Assembly: GCA_965603825.1 (NCBI GenBank)
Contig: CBFDEM010000062.1
Coordinates: forward strand, 744,001 to 808,000
Reading direction: 5' to 3'
Origin: Blepharisma stoltei ATCC 30299
Lineage: Eukaryota > Protista > Ciliophora
Length of the DNA stretch: 64,000 bases
The notes beneath the pieces are model-generated. The model had not been told where the DNA came from. It did not search any database and worked only from the letters and a program-made list of their open reading frames with translations. Positions within the stretch are counted from its first letter, which is position 1; each line of letters begins with the position of its first letter. Of the stretch, positions 23,941 through 37,031 are shown one piece after another. The position numbers and the translations under genes were made by a program.

Positions 23941-24699
23941 ATTTATTATGCTACTTTATCTGGTAGTGAACCTTAAATGAGTCTCTTAAGCCTTAAATTA
24001 ATTAATCGTGTCGTATCGTAAATTATTTACGCACTATTTGCAAATTGCTGTCTTTATTTTTGAGAAACTTGATCTTAAATTTTTCAATAATCAGCTTAAA
24101 ATTTCTTTTTAGTTGATAATTTTTCATCATATATTCATTTTTATTGTTGAAAGCTAAAGTTGATTTAGGCTCAGGTAGTATCAAATAATGATAATGCCAA
24201 TTTGATAATAGTTTTTATTATGATAACATCCTAACTCATAGATGAAAAAATAGAAAATAATAGCAATTAGGACATGATCTAAATTGGCCAAGAATAAGAA
24301 AGCTCTAGAGGATCAATTCTATATTAGTAATTTAATAATTTATAATAACTAGCTAAATAGACTATAATTTAGTTGAATTCTCTACAATTTATGACGATGC
24401 TTTGCCCAAGAACAATAATCTGTGTGTTAGCATTTTAATATTAAAATATAGTCGAAGTATAAAAAACCTTAAGATTTCTAAGAATAATCTCTAATATAAC
24501 TAATCCGTACTAAAAACAGTTCAGCAATAAAAGAAATCAAAGATAAAGGTGAAAAATCTGTATTTCATTTCTCTAAGCAAGAATTAATAAAATGATAATT
24601 TGACTCAACAAGTTTATATTTTTTGTAAAAATTATAATATTATTGCCTGCAATTTCATCATCTTCAGTTTATTTATTTTAAAAGAAAAAATCCCTGTCC

Positions 24700-24800
24700 T
24701 CATCAACCCAGCACAATATATTAGTAAAATCGATGTCACATTTTGCCATTTTTCAAAATTAAATTTTGTAACAGCTAGACTAATTAAGATATTTGGATTA
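24700..24800. repeat. Conserved element, upstream of copy 3
   Basis: CATCAACCCAGC..TTAGTAAA..AAATTTTGTAACAGCTAGACTAA. Confidence 0.75.
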
Positions 24801-25409
24801 ATAAAAATTATAATTTGAAGCATTTATAAAGCTATTTTACAATCACATTACTGCTCCAATCCATTATCAATTTTAATTGTTATCCTTAAACATAAGCAAA
24901 AACCTCTCTCCTAGTCATGAAGTTTTTAATCATAATTTTACACAATTATAAGTTTAATTTATTTAATTTTTATAAAATAAAATATTTGAAAGAATATTTA
25001 AGAGAGAAAAAGAGGAGTGAGACTATTAGATTGTCTTGATATAAAACAATCGTCTTTATTTCTCAATCTAAGAGTATTTTATTTTTTTATTATACTCATA
25101 TATCAACTAGCAAAATATAAGGAATTCATGAATTATTAATATAATGAAGCGCTTTATATATTTTAAGTATTTTGGATTGATTCTTGTATATTTTAGTAAA
25201 TTATTTTCACATTTAACTTAATGCATTTAATAATTTTATAGGTAAATAAATATGACTTATGAGCATATTTATCAATAAATGCTACAGTATCTTGATTTAA
25301 AATAAAATTTTTAAATATTCAAATCTTAAAATTTATTGCTATAGCAAATATCTGTAATATTTTCATTTAAATATAATAAATTTTAATTTGAATTTTCCTC
25401 ATTATTATA

Positions 25410-25503
25410 TCAGCTTTGCAAACTTATACGATCAGTAAGATGGCTAAATGCATATTTTCTTATTTGATAAATAAAATTTGTAACAGCCAGATTAAAAATG
25501 GAA
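25410..25503. repeat. Conserved element, downstream of copy 4
   Basis: CAGCTTT..GATCAGTAAGATGGCT..CATATTT..AAATTTGTAACAGCCAGATTAAAAATGGA. Confidence 0.85.
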
Positions 25504-25815
25504 TATCCAAAAGCCCAATCTAAAAGAAGTTAATACTATTTTTCCTCTTTTACGAGTTATCGGCAACCGCGGTGTTTAGATGTTCCCATTACTTTCTTAA
25601 TAATGATAAAAAGATTTTTATAATGAAATAGCCATATAAATTGATATAATGTTGATGCAAAGCAAATTTTCATATAAGATAATCAGTCAAAGTTAATGAT
25701 AAATATAAAATTGCATGATATTATATTTTTATTATCTTTACTATAAAGCTTCTTGCGGTTTATTTATACATATTATTATCACAATTTTTATAAATAAAAG
25801 ATTTGGAATTAAAAT

Positions 25816-26223
25816 TTATATTTCCAATGCTTCTGATTTAATAACTATTTTGAGAGACTTAGACTTGTGATAGCTCTGCAAATAGCAAAATTGGCACATC
25901 CCTTTAGCGTATAATTGACGATCTTGGTGCGGGCAGGTCCAAGCCTTTTTTTGTCTCCCGCTTCTATGATAGCAATTATTGCACATATTCCTGGCGTAAT
26001 GCCGCTTGTTCGTATGTGGGCAAGCTGTGATCCTCTTTTTATATGCCTTTTTTCGCTTGTAAACTTTTTTTATAATTTTCTTTGGCTCAGATTCTTCAAG
26101 ATCAGGGACTTCATCAGAGAAGATATTAGGAAGCCGGAGACTGCACAGATCTTCTGAATAATGGAAGATTAGTGAATACATCCCTGAAAACACTGTGATT
26201 TTGTCTTTGCAGATTTCTTTCAT
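25816..26223 (-). CDS. Twin zinc-finger-like protein, copy 4
   Basis: Same motifs; closest to copy 5. Confidence 0.9.
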   Translation of the reverse strand: MKEICKDKITVFSGMYSLIFHYSEDLCSLRLPNIFSDEVPDLEESEPKKIIKKVYKRKKAYKKRITACPHTNKRHYARNMCNNCYHRSGRQKKAWTCPHQDRQLYAKGMCQFCYLQSYHKSKSLKIVIKSEALEI

Positions 26224-27030
26224 ATTTAATATATTAAATTTTCACGCAAAAATGTAACACCTAAAACTATGGCATTTATGCAACATAAGAAATTGCACAT
26301 TAAATAGTCTTGAAAAGGTCTAAACTGACCTGAATTTATGATTTATTTATTTTGCTCTTAACTCTACCTAGGCTACTATTTATCAAATATTTTCCAAAAC
26401 ATATAAACAAATAGCCATAAATATAAAAAGGTTTTAGAATTTCACGATAATAATATTAGGATAAATAATAATTAGGCAGCTTTTTATCGAAATTTATACA
26501 ATTAGCAGGGAGATCAAACATATGAATTTCCCATAAAGTTTAAGAATAACAAATTTTTTTAATTTCTATTAAGCTTTCAGTTAGGAAATTGACCTAAACA
26601 TAAACTGATAACTAAATTATTTACGAATTTATGCAAATAAGTAAAAATAATAATTGGCCTAAAAGGGATAAAAAGAGTTTTGACTTATTGTTTTTGCATC
26701 CTAATTTCGTAGAATTTGTAAGCAACTTATTTTATTATAATCTTCAAGCTGCTCGCCTATATTTGCTGGATAGAATTCTCATATAAGCCAAGCTTTATAC
26801 TCATAAAATGGCGAAATTTTTAAGGTGCCATCTGCCAACCAGCTTCATTCACTTTATCTTTTAAATGAAAATATAAGATCAAATTAAATCCTGGAATTAA
26901 CATATTAAATCCTTTTGATTACAATGAATAATAATTTGTTTTATCAAATTGCCATTTTTTGAAAAAATCACAAAGATTATTATTTATTTGCTTTTCTGTC
27001 ATATTTGCGTAATAAAAGAATTATAACTTT

Positions 27031-27060
27031 CATCAATCCAGCCTTATAATCTGGATTTAA
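27031..27060. repeat. Half element, upstream of copy 4
   Basis: CATCAATCCAGCCTTATAATCTGG matches the first half only. Confidence 0.5.
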
Positions 27061-27259
27061 TTTTAATTTGAAAGGAGTTACTTTAATATGAAGCAGGATA
27101 TTTTTATAACACTTTTAGGAAATAGCAAGATCAAACCCAACTTGATATTTTTTTTTAATAGCTTAAAAAATTTTGTTGAAGTGACTTTCTATAACAGTTT
27201 TTTTGTGAAAAAATGAATATAACTTATCAAAAGTATTCTGCTTACTTAAGTTCCTTAAT

Positions 27260-27900
27260 ATCAGCTGGAGCCGCAGCCATTTAAAGAATTGATACAATTG
27301 CATTGAAGATGGCTAAGTATGTTGGGACAGAAGTGGAGTGAAGTTAAACTTGCTAGATTCTTATTTAAACAAGAGATTGCAAAGTAATTGGATTAGGATT
27401 TTAGTAATATTTAAAATTTGCTGACTGGAGTTGATCTGCTTGAAATTACTTTGGCCTACCTTCAAGAAATAAGGTGAAGTTCCCTGAAAATGAATTAAGG
27501 TAGCCTTGCTAAAGCACATTGTTCTATTGGGATCATAGCCTTCACCATGCTTCTCCAGTAAATTTGCATTTTATAGTCTTAAAGTTAGTTTTGTAAATTT
27601 TTTAGTAATACCATTTTCTTTAGAAACTCTTTATCCATTACCTTCAAGGTTGTCTGCGACATTAGTGATCAAAGCTTCAATTCTACAGTTTTTGAAAATC
27701 AATGATAAGCCTAAAAAGCAAGAGCTAAATTATTAAGGAAGGGATAGAGTGGCTGATCTTAAGTGAAATAGTTTTTCTAAGATACTAAGGAAGCAGTTTT
27801 TAGTTTCTTTATTGAGGCAGCTTAGAGTTTCTATAAGGGCACTTGCGAACTAAAGGTAATTACTTTCTAAGAAGTCTTTAGCATTATCTAATGGTTGAGG
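27260..27900 (-). pseudogene. Decayed coding relic
   Basis: Elevated GC and protein-like pieces (IYWRSMVKAMIPIEQCALARLP*FIFREL) with stops. Confidence 0.35.
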
Positions 27901-27914
27901 TTTGATAGGCTACC

Positions 27915-28025
27915 AATACTGAGTATAAGAAATATGCAGATTGCTTTCATATTAATTTAATTATTCAGCTCAAATTTTTTTAATTCTTAAATACAATTTT
28001 GTAATATTCAGTCCAAAATATGGAT
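27915..28025. repeat. Degenerate element, downstream of copy 5
   Basis: GCAG..TTTCATATT..AATTTTGTAATATTCAGTCCAAAATATGGAT. Confidence 0.6.
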
Positions 28026-28315
28026 CATTAAAGCTAATAAGAAAATTTGTTATAGCTAAATAAATAGAATTAGCACGCTTGCAATTTTAAAACAAATTTT
28101 ATTAAGGTTATTACTTTGAGGTACAGGAGTTAATTATTTCCTTAATGGCATTAAAATTAATATGTTGTTATTTGACAAAAATTATGTTTTTATACGAATA
28201 AAGGCAGAATTGAATCATATTTTCTTATGTCTATTATATAAATTTATGCACCCCTAAAAAAGTTTTGTGTATATTATTAGCATTGAAGCATAAATTATAA
28301 AAATTATAAGTTAGC

Positions 28316-28723
28316 TTAAACTTTTAATTCTTCTTTCTTAATAACAACTTGGAGAGACCTAGACTTGTGATAGCACTGCAAATAGCAAAACTGGCACACT
28401 CCTTTTGCGTATAATTGACGATCTTGGTGTGGACAAGCCCAAGCCCTTTTGACTCTCCCGCTTTTGTGGTAGCAATTATTGCACATATTCCTTGCATAGT
28501 GACGTTTATTCTTATGTGGACAAGCTGTGATCTTCTTTTTATAAGCTGTTTTGCCCTTTTTGGCTTTTTTAATAATTTTCTTTGGCTCTGATTCTTCTAG
28601 ATCAGGGACTTCATCAAAGAAGATATTAGGAAGCCGAAGACTATATAGATCTTCTGAATAGTTGAAGATCAGTGAATACATCCCTGAAAACACTGTGATT
28701 TTGTCCTCGCAAAATTCTTTCAT
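28316..28723 (-). CDS. Twin zinc-finger-like protein, copy 5
   Basis: Same motifs, intact ORF. Confidence 0.9.
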   Translation of the reverse strand: MKEFCEDKITVFSGMYSLIFNYSEDLYSLRLPNIFFDEVPDLEESEPKKIIKKAKKGKTAYKKKITACPHKNKRHYARNMCNNCYHKSGRVKRAWACPHQDRQLYAKGVCQFCYLQCYHKSRSLQVVIKKEELKV

Positions 28724-29599
28724 ATTTTATATTATATTCAACCAAAATTTTTACACAAAAATGTAACACCCAAACATGTGGCATTTAAACTACTTGAAAA
28801 ATTACCTCATAAGAATAGAAGCTCAGGTGCTAATTGATCTTAATTAGGTATTTATATAGTTTACACTTATTTATACCAAAAGCTGCAATATTTATCAAAA
28901 TAATTTGCGAAGCATAAAAACTTAAGCAATCATAATATTTAAAGAAAACCTAGAGAAACACTAAATTATTTACTAATTGGTTGATTAAGCAACTTTTTAT
29001 TGAAAATTCGACGATTAATAGGAAGTGAATTATAAGAATTTCTATAAATTTTAGGAGAAGCAATCACCCATTCGATTTCTTTTAAGTTTATTATAAAAAA
29101 TTTGAGGGCTAAGATGAAAAGTGAACAATTCTATTATTCAAATTTATGAATATAAAGTATAAAAAAGTTTTGACTTAAATAATTTGCTTACCTTTTGCAA
29201 TTTTTGAATTTCTTTGTGTCAGTGTATTCTTTAGTATTTTTGTACCAGAATGAAGGTTTAGGAATTTTTTGAGGCAAGAGTTCAATATCCAAAGTAATCC
29301 AGAAGAAGCTAGGGTCAATTAACTTGCACAATTATTATTTTAAAATTAAGAAAAGTTTAGTCACTAAATATATTCTCCCTATTAAACTACAGGCTTTAAT
29401 TTTTCGTGTTTGATGAAAATAGAATTGAAATTCTATCAATACTTTGTAATCTAATAAATCAAAAAATCATTCTATGCTGAAATCGACTTCTTGCTATAAA
29501 AAAATGTAAGAACAGTCTAAAATGTTTTGAAATCAGTAAGATTATTTTTCATTTTATCTCTCAACATATTCCGTGTAATAGCTAAATAGTTCTAATTTT

Positions 29600-29682
29600 C
29601 ATCAACCCAGCTTGGAATCACTATGCCCATATTTTTTTATATTTTATTAGGAAATTTTTGTAACAGCCAGATAAAATTAGAT
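29600..29682. repeat. Conserved element, upstream of copy 5
   Basis: CATCAACCCAGCTT..CCATATTT..AAATTTTTGTAACAGCCAGATAAAA. Confidence 0.75.
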
Positions 29683-31224
29683 TATTCGAAAATGAATTTT
29701 TATGCTTTTATAGGTTTATCATGATTGTTTTAGCTATTGAACCTATTATTATATATTCCTTCCTGCTAGAAATTCATATCTATTGCATCATATTCTAAAT
29801 TTATATACATTTAGTCTCTTAGACTAATATTTAAATAAACTCAATTAAAGGCTAAATCTTAATTCTTTTAATTTGATATTTTAAAAATACTTTTCATTAA
29901 GCACCTTTTAGCTAGCAAATTTCGCATGAAAGTTAGTAATCCTTAATTTCTAAATTCATGAATTTTTGATACATATTAGATATCGTTATTGCGTTTTTTT
30001 AAACAAAGATAAACCTAAATCCTAAATTTTGAGGCTTTTTGTGTCTTGCTAGTATCAAAACTATCAATCTAATAAAAAGATTATAAGTATTTTTTTAAAT
30101 CGTTATAGTTAATTATTGAGATTTTGTTATTTATATGAAGAAAAGGCTTGCTTGATCATCAAAATATATTTTATGCTATTTCATAGTAAAAACTATTAAG
30201 TATAATCAGCAAAAATATTGGGTTTATTATTGAGTATCGTCTCAGACCAATGCTAATAATTGATCTTTTTACAAATATCATCAGCAATAAATAATAAACA
30301 GAATTAATGCAGCTAAAAGCAGTCTTAATAAAAATTTTAAAAAGCCAAAAATCAATATTTTAAAATTATTCAAAGATATAGATTTAAATAGCTATGCTGA
30401 AATTATTTTAATAGCAGCTATTTAATTTTTTAGAAAAGTCTATATTGGTGACTATTAAAGAAAAGCTTATGATGGATATAGAAATAATATATGAGCAAAA
30501 TTCCTAAAAATCTCATTTAATACCTAAACTTATTTGAATGTATACAAAGCAAGGGAGGATTTTTAAATTATTTTACACTAAAAGACTAGTAATTTCAATA
30601 ATAACTCTTACTTAAAATATAATAAAAAATATTAAAAGGTTTTTCAATAAGGCTATTATTTTGTCTTCAACGGAAGTTGATATGGATACTTATAAGAATA
30701 AGAAAATAAAATAAAACCTGTATAATATTTACCAAAAAAAAATTAAAATAAGTATTTAACGTGCTTATCCCTTCCGCTGGATGAAATTTGCTAAGTAATT
30801 TAGATTGTCTTAAATTCTTATCCAAATAATTTAAAAACTTTATTTTGGTCCTTAATTACGGAAACAAAAATATTTTCACCCTAATTATATTTTATATTAT
30901 TTTGATTAGTAACTAATTTTATTATTGTCAAACTTTAAATTTGCAATTCCTAGTCTCTTTTGTTATCAGAGCTTTCTTTTAATTGAATAATCTTCATCCC
31001 TATATTGAAATTAACTTTTAGCGGTAAATTCGAAGTAATCGTAAATTCAAAAAATATTTATATCTAATCCTGCTGATGAAGCTAAAATAGATTTTATCCT
31101 GCCAATTAAATTTTCGCTGCAGAAAGAGATGATATTTGATTTTATTAATAGCAGATATTTTTTATTTAATATTTCACTATCAAAAACATCCCGAAAGTGA
31201 AAATTATCGTTTTTACTAAAGACC

Positions 31225-31318
31225 CAACTTTATAAAATTTAGCCAGTAAAGCAGTGAAACTCATATTTGTTACATTTTAAACTAAAATTTTTAACACCCA
31301 GACTAAAAAATATGGATT
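31225..31318. repeat. Conserved element, downstream of copy 6
   Basis: CTTTATAA..AGCCAGTAAAGCAG..CTCATATTTG..AAATTTTTAACACCCAGACTAAAAAATATGGA. Confidence 0.85.
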
Positions 31319-31493
31319 ATGCAAAATCGAATTATAATATGTTATTCATCGATCTTCAAAAGAATTTCATTTACTGTGTGTTATTCTAGTATCCTTTGCT
31401 TCATAATATTTTAATTTTTGAAATCGTTAGTAATTAGTTTTAGTGAAGGTTAAAATAACTCAATCGAATTTATTTAAAAACCATACATGGGAA

Positions 31494-31539
31494 ATTTTAA
31501 TATAGCCCGTTCCCGGCAAAGATCGGGCTATATTAAAAT
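31494..31539. repeat. Perfect 16-bp inverted repeat with 14-nt spacer
   Basis: ATTTTAATATAGCCCG (31494-31509) / CGGGCTATATTAAAAT (31524-31539). Confidence 0.9.
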
Positions 31540-31762
31540 AATAATTTTTCAATTTAATGTATGAAGGCAATTTATGTATGATCAAAAATCAGTTTTTATT
31601 TTTATATATATTTTTCTTATGGTTATTATAGCAAATATAGCACCCTTATAAAATTAAGTTTATAAAATATTTCTTTCTTTTGAGCTTCATCAACAATCAA
31701 TTCTTAAATTGTATATATTATTATTCCAGACTAATCTTTTAAACGCACAGCTATAATTTAAC

Positions 31763-32173
31763 TTAAATATTTGAGTATTCTGTCTTGATGCTTTTACATG
31801 ATCTAGACTTATGATAGCTCTGTAAGTAGCAAAACTGACACATTCCCTTAGCGTAGAGCTGCCGGTCCTTGTGTAGGCAAGTTCAGGCCTTTTTTTGTCT
31901 CCCACTTTTATGATAGCAATTGCTGCACATATTCTTGGCATAGTGTCTTTTATTTGCATGAGGGCAAGCTGTAATCCTCTTTTTTGTGCCTTTTCCTTGC
32001 CCGCTTTTGGAAGCCTTTTGATCATTTTCTTTTGGCTCCTCTCTTTCGGCTTCACTGTCTTCATAGGAAAATATATTAGGAAGTCGCAAACTTGATCCTT
32101 CTTCTGAGTTTTTAAATATTAAAGAAAACATCCCTGAAAATACTGTAAATTTGTCCTCACAACTTTCACTCAT
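31763..32173 (-). CDS. Twin zinc-finger-like protein, copy 6
   Basis: Reads through TGA 31883-85 (Trp) to TAA at 31763. Confidence 0.9.
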
Positions 32174-33977
32174 CTATATTATGCTATCCACAATTTCGGA
32201 CTAAAATGGACAATCAACATACAATTACAATTAAAATATTAAAGGAATTATAAAATGTATTTCAATTGGTAATGCTGACTTTAATTTTTTTAATTTTATA
32301 TTTTAGTTAGTTATACAAAAAATTATAAAATTCGCGAAAATATAGCTTGAATAAATAGGAAAATATGAGAATTTAGAAAATGAAAAATTCAGTTGAGCAA
32401 TTAATTTTTGGTATGATTTTATCGAATTTTAAAAATTCATAAGAAGAAAGGGATATCCACAGATTAAATTTCACTTTTTAGCATATTTCATTCACGTGCA
32501 AACGTCATCAATTAAATAAAATGGAAGAAAAAGGTTGTGCAATTTGATAATTTTTGGATTTTTAATAGTATTTACAGGGCACTTAAAGATAAATATAAGA
32601 TAATAATCTTTTAAAGATAAATAAGTACTAATATAATTAATGCCTTATTTAAAAATAAAAGTTTTTGATATGGTTATATAATTTATTACAAATTAGCCAC
32701 AAAGTTGCCGAGAAATCTTTTTTAAAGCTTTATTTATTTCTCTAAATATTACGATTCAACTAAAAAACTAAATATCAAAATAATTATTGACTTCTTTATA
32801 GATCTTAAGGTTCTCTATTTATCACAAAATTTAAGAAGTTGAAATTTTTATTTTGAAGTTAATTTTAGAATAAAAATATATCTGTTAGTCTCAAATTAAA
32901 AGGAAAAATCAGAGTTCATAGACATAATTATTACATTTTATTTAGTAATTTTAATTTAGTATATGAGATTTACAGAAAATGAAGTAAAATGGTCGGATTA
33001 TTGCCAAGTTCAATCTCGAAGCATAACCCTAAACTACTTTTGGGTTATTTAAAGGGTAAAGATTATAGGCATTATTATGGACTATTAAGATATAACAAAG
33101 GGTGAGTTTATAAGATTTTTGCATTATTTTAGTCGAGCTGTAAAGTAATTTCTTTTATATTTAAAATTTCGTATTGTAATTTGACATCCAAGGTGTTTTC
33201 TAATTTTAATAGTCTTCATTCTGTACTTTTATAAAAATTGTGTGAAATTAGCATATAAATTAGAATCTTTATCAATTCAATATATTTAGCTCTACTTTTA
33301 ATTCATTAAATTAAGCTTCATTTGCTATTATATGATTGTAACAATTATAAAAAGATAAAGAGTTTCATAGTATACATTTTTACCTTCCATAATTAATTTA
33401 AAAATATTTCACATCAAACAGCTGGTAAATGTTTCGAAATAGCTGCTTCTATAAAAATAATTAAAATAACATCCCATAGTAAAAGTATCAGTTCTGATAA
33501 ATGAATAATATTTCTATTATCAAGCAAAACAACCCTCAGAAAACTAAAATTTCTTATGTTATTTTTTTAAGAGAGCTAAAAACTTACAAAAATTATAGCA
33601 TCAAAAACTTCAAAACTCAAAGGCATTGCTTATAATAATACCCTAGGCAATCAATAACAGGCCCTAAGCTTATTTTTGGCTTTTAAGATGGAAATAAAAA
33701 AAATGTTTTACCTAATGCCCTTTTATTCTGTTGAACTGATTATTGAAATAAGTTATTTCATTATTTTGAATATTTTGGTATTAATTTTAGCTAAATTTCA
33801 TGTAACCAAATAATCATATTCTTAATTTGAAAATGGAATTTATTGATAAAATACCAAGCCAATCAAAAATCCTGAAAGACTTAATATTTTTTTGTTACCT
33901 GTGTGCAGCTAATTTTCTCCCTAATATTCGGGCCAATCAAAAATTAATTTAGGCAATAAATTTCCCTTATTTTTACA

Positions 33978-34075
33978 AGTTAAGCTTTATAATCCTGGGA
34001 TCAGTAAAGCAGCTACTTCATATTTATTACATTTAATTATCAAATATTTGTAACAGCTAGTATAAAAATATGGAT
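33978..34075. repeat. Conserved element, downstream of copy 7
   Basis: AAGCTTTATAATCCTGGGATCAGTAAAGCAGCTACTTCATATTTATT..TTTGTAACAGCTAGTATAAAAATATGGA. Confidence 0.9.
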
Positions 34076-34420
34076 CATCAAAATCATAATTTCAAATGCC
34101 ACTGCTACTTTTTTATCGATGCGTTAAAAATTATCTATTATTTAAATACTGCTGTCTCGCTGTTTGCCTTGCCTCCTGTATTTAATAGCTATTAAAAGCT
34201 ATCTTATTGCGAAGAGTTAAGATTTGAGTTTACTATATGAAAAGTGTAAATTAACTTTATCTAATTATTATGAATCAACATTTAATGGGTTTACTGATCT
34301 AAAAGATTAAAGTTGAATTAAATACTTTATATACTTATAAAAATTTTTTTAAGCAGCTCGATAAAATAATATTTATATATTAGTATTCCAGACTAATTTT
34401 TTAAAAAACTCAACAAAAAT

Positions 34421-34843
34421 TTAGGCTTTAATTCTTAAGCTTTCGGATTTGATGACAACTTTGCAAGATCTAGACTTATGGTAGTTCTGCAAATAGCAAA
34501 ACTGGCACATTCCTTTAGCGTAGAGTTGACGATCTTGGTGTGGGCAACTCCAAGCTTTTTTTTGTCGCCCGCTTTTATGGTAACAATTGCTACACATACT
34601 CTTGGCATAGTGGCGTCTATTCACATGGGGACAAGCCGTGATTCTCTTTTGTGCGCCTCTTGCTGGGCGCCTGTTTTTAGCCTCTTCAGTAATTTCCTTA
34701 GACTCACCTTCTTCTTCAACTTCGCTATCTTCGCAAGAAAATATATTAGGAAGTCTTAGGCTAGATTCTTCTTCTGAAAATTTGAAGATCAAGGAAAACA
34801 TCCCTGAAAAAACATTGAATTTATCCTTACAATTCTCACTCAT
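34421..34843 (-). CDS. Twin zinc-finger-like protein, copy 7
   Basis: Same motifs; recent duplicate of copy 9. Confidence 0.9.
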   Translation of the reverse strand: MSENCKDKFNVFSGMFSLIFKFSEEESSLRLPNIFSCEDSEVEEEGESKEITEEAKNRRPARGAQKRITACPHVNRRHYAKSMCSNCYHKSGRQKKAWSCPHQDRQLYAKGMCQFCYLQNYHKSRSCKVVIKSESLRIKA

Positions 34844-36319
34844 CTATATTATTATATTCACCAATCCACACTATAAATGGAACAACCAACATGAATTTCA
34901 ATTAAAACATTAAGAAGCTAAAAAACTGAAAAGTCAATTAAAGGCTTCTATTGATAAATATTGCTTATTTTCTTTAATTTTAAGATCGTTGCTAGTAAAG
35001 AAAATTCAGAAAATTTTTCCAAAATATAAATCATTTGAATAGATAGAAAAATAGAATTAATTTTAAAAACGCTAATTTTTATCTGGTAATAATTTCTATA
35101 GATGTTTTTTACGAAAAGTTTAGCAAATTACTAAATTTTAATTTTTTTGAAGTATTTCATCCAAACGCCATTATTTGAACAAAATGGAAAATGGAACTTT
35201 TTATGATGTGAGATATTTGGTTTTTTTAAGCTTATCCAGGTTGCGATAATTATGAATAATTAAATTTTGATAATAATTATAATAGCTTTCATTTAGTGCT
35301 CGGATTAGGTTTATAGTTATGTAAACCGAATATAGAGATAGAAAATCTGGAATTTAAATGATATATAAAAAATATATATAATGAATCAACATTTTATTGT
35401 TTTATGTTTAAGATTAAAATATTTATTATAAGTTCCATAAATTATTTATTCATTCGCAAAGCTAGCCGGATTTTTTAGAATTTAATAGTCTTCATTATGT
35501 ATACTCTGATGAATCTTTTTAGATATTACACTAAAGCTGCAAGAATTTTACACTCACAGTCAATTGCCTGGAAATTCCAATGCAGTTCACGAGGAATTGA
35601 ATATTGTTTAAAATACTTCGAGCCATAGTAAAAACCTTTCAAAATAGGATTGGTGAATCTGGTATATAATAAAATCTTAAAGTTTAGATAGATTGCAATT
35701 AATTTAAAATTATTGAGCATAAATCAGCCAATAGAAGCATTAGATTTCTCAACAAATTGAATCATTAAAAAAAGTATTTGACTTTTAAATTCCAAAAACG
35801 AAATTTATAAACTGCACAAAATTCATAATATCTTCTGCTTTAAATGGCAAGAATTAGGTAGAGAAATTTTTTAAGATGAAAATAAAAAAATAGTTTGGGC
35901 TTAATAATTCGTTATTTATTGCACTGTGCACTAAATTATTTCTTTATTATTTGAAAATTTGTTTTTAGGTTCTCATTATCCAGTTATCGAAATTTATATA
36001 AGTATTCTCTATTCTCAACTAGAAAATGGAATTTAGTCTTAAAACATTAGAGTATTTATAAAATATAAAGACATATAGCTTATTGTTTTAAATATAATAA
36101 AATAATTTTTACTTTATTGATCAAATATTTTTATTAAATAGAATTTTATTTAACAACGTGCAGCAAAATATTCGGCCTAGAAGAATAAGTATGCTCACTG
36201 GCGTTCTCTTTGCTTTCAGAAACATCTTTGATCATTTTAAGTTCATTAGTTAATTTCATATTTTTTATTCTTGCTATGCTTTGGATACTCTTATTGCGAG
36301 ACCTTATGGTGAAAAATCA

Positions 36320-36350
36320 ATGGTTCTAGCCTAATAAAAAATGGATTATC
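36320..36350. repeat. Remnant of element, downstream of copy 8
   Basis: CTAGCCTAATAAAAAATGGATTATC only. Confidence 0.4.
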
Positions 36351-36620
36351 AAAACTTTCTAATCAATACTTTTCAAAAGCTGAAAAGATTATTTTTCATT
36401 ATAATTATGCAAAATATATTATTTTCCTTTAGTCTGACCTATAAGCTCGCATGACTAAGTCTACTATTTATATCAGAATAATAGAAAAGATTTAGCCATT
36501 AAGCTGCTTGAACTATACTTACTAAAACTTTTTAATTAAACAAAGAATTTATGATAAAGTCTTTTTAAATTATGTAATTTATTATAACTTCAGTCTATAT
36601 TTTTTGATGTAAAATTAAAA

Positions 36621-37031
36621 TTAAACCTTTGAGCATTCTATCTTGATGCCCTTGCAAGATCTAGATCTGTGATAGCTCTGTAAATAACAAAATTGGCACA
36701 TTCCTTTAGCGTAAAGTTGGCGATCTTTGTGAGGACAATTCCAAGCTTTGTATGGTCTTCCGTTTGTATGGTAGCAATTATTGCACATGCTCTTGGCGTA
36801 GTGACGTCTATCTACATGAGGACAAGCTGTGATCATTTTTTTTGATGCTTTTATTGGCCCACTTTCTAAAATCTCTTTAGCATTCTCTTTTATCTCCGCT
36901 TCTTCGATCTTCTTTTCTTCATAAGAAAATATATCAGGAAGTCTCTTACTAGATCCTTCTTCTAAAGAGTTAAAGATTAAGGAAAACATACCTGAAAAAA
37001 TATTAAACTTATCCTTGCAGTTTTCAGTCAT
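36621..37031 (-). CDS. Twin zinc-finger-like protein, copy 8
   Basis: Same motifs, intact ORF. Confidence 0.9.
   Translation of the reverse strand: MTENCKDKFNIFSGMFSLIFNSLEEGSSKRLPDIFSYEEKKIEEAEIKENAKEILESGPIKASKKMITACPHVDRRHYAKSMCNNCYHTNGRPYKAWNCPHKDRQLYAKGMCQFCYLQSYHRSRSCKGIKIECSKV

Larger units (their letters stand above)
32760..35960. repeat. Segmental duplication, copy A (~3.2 kb)
   Basis: Colinear and highly similar to 51672-54942, including the non-coding DNA. Confidence 0.92.
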
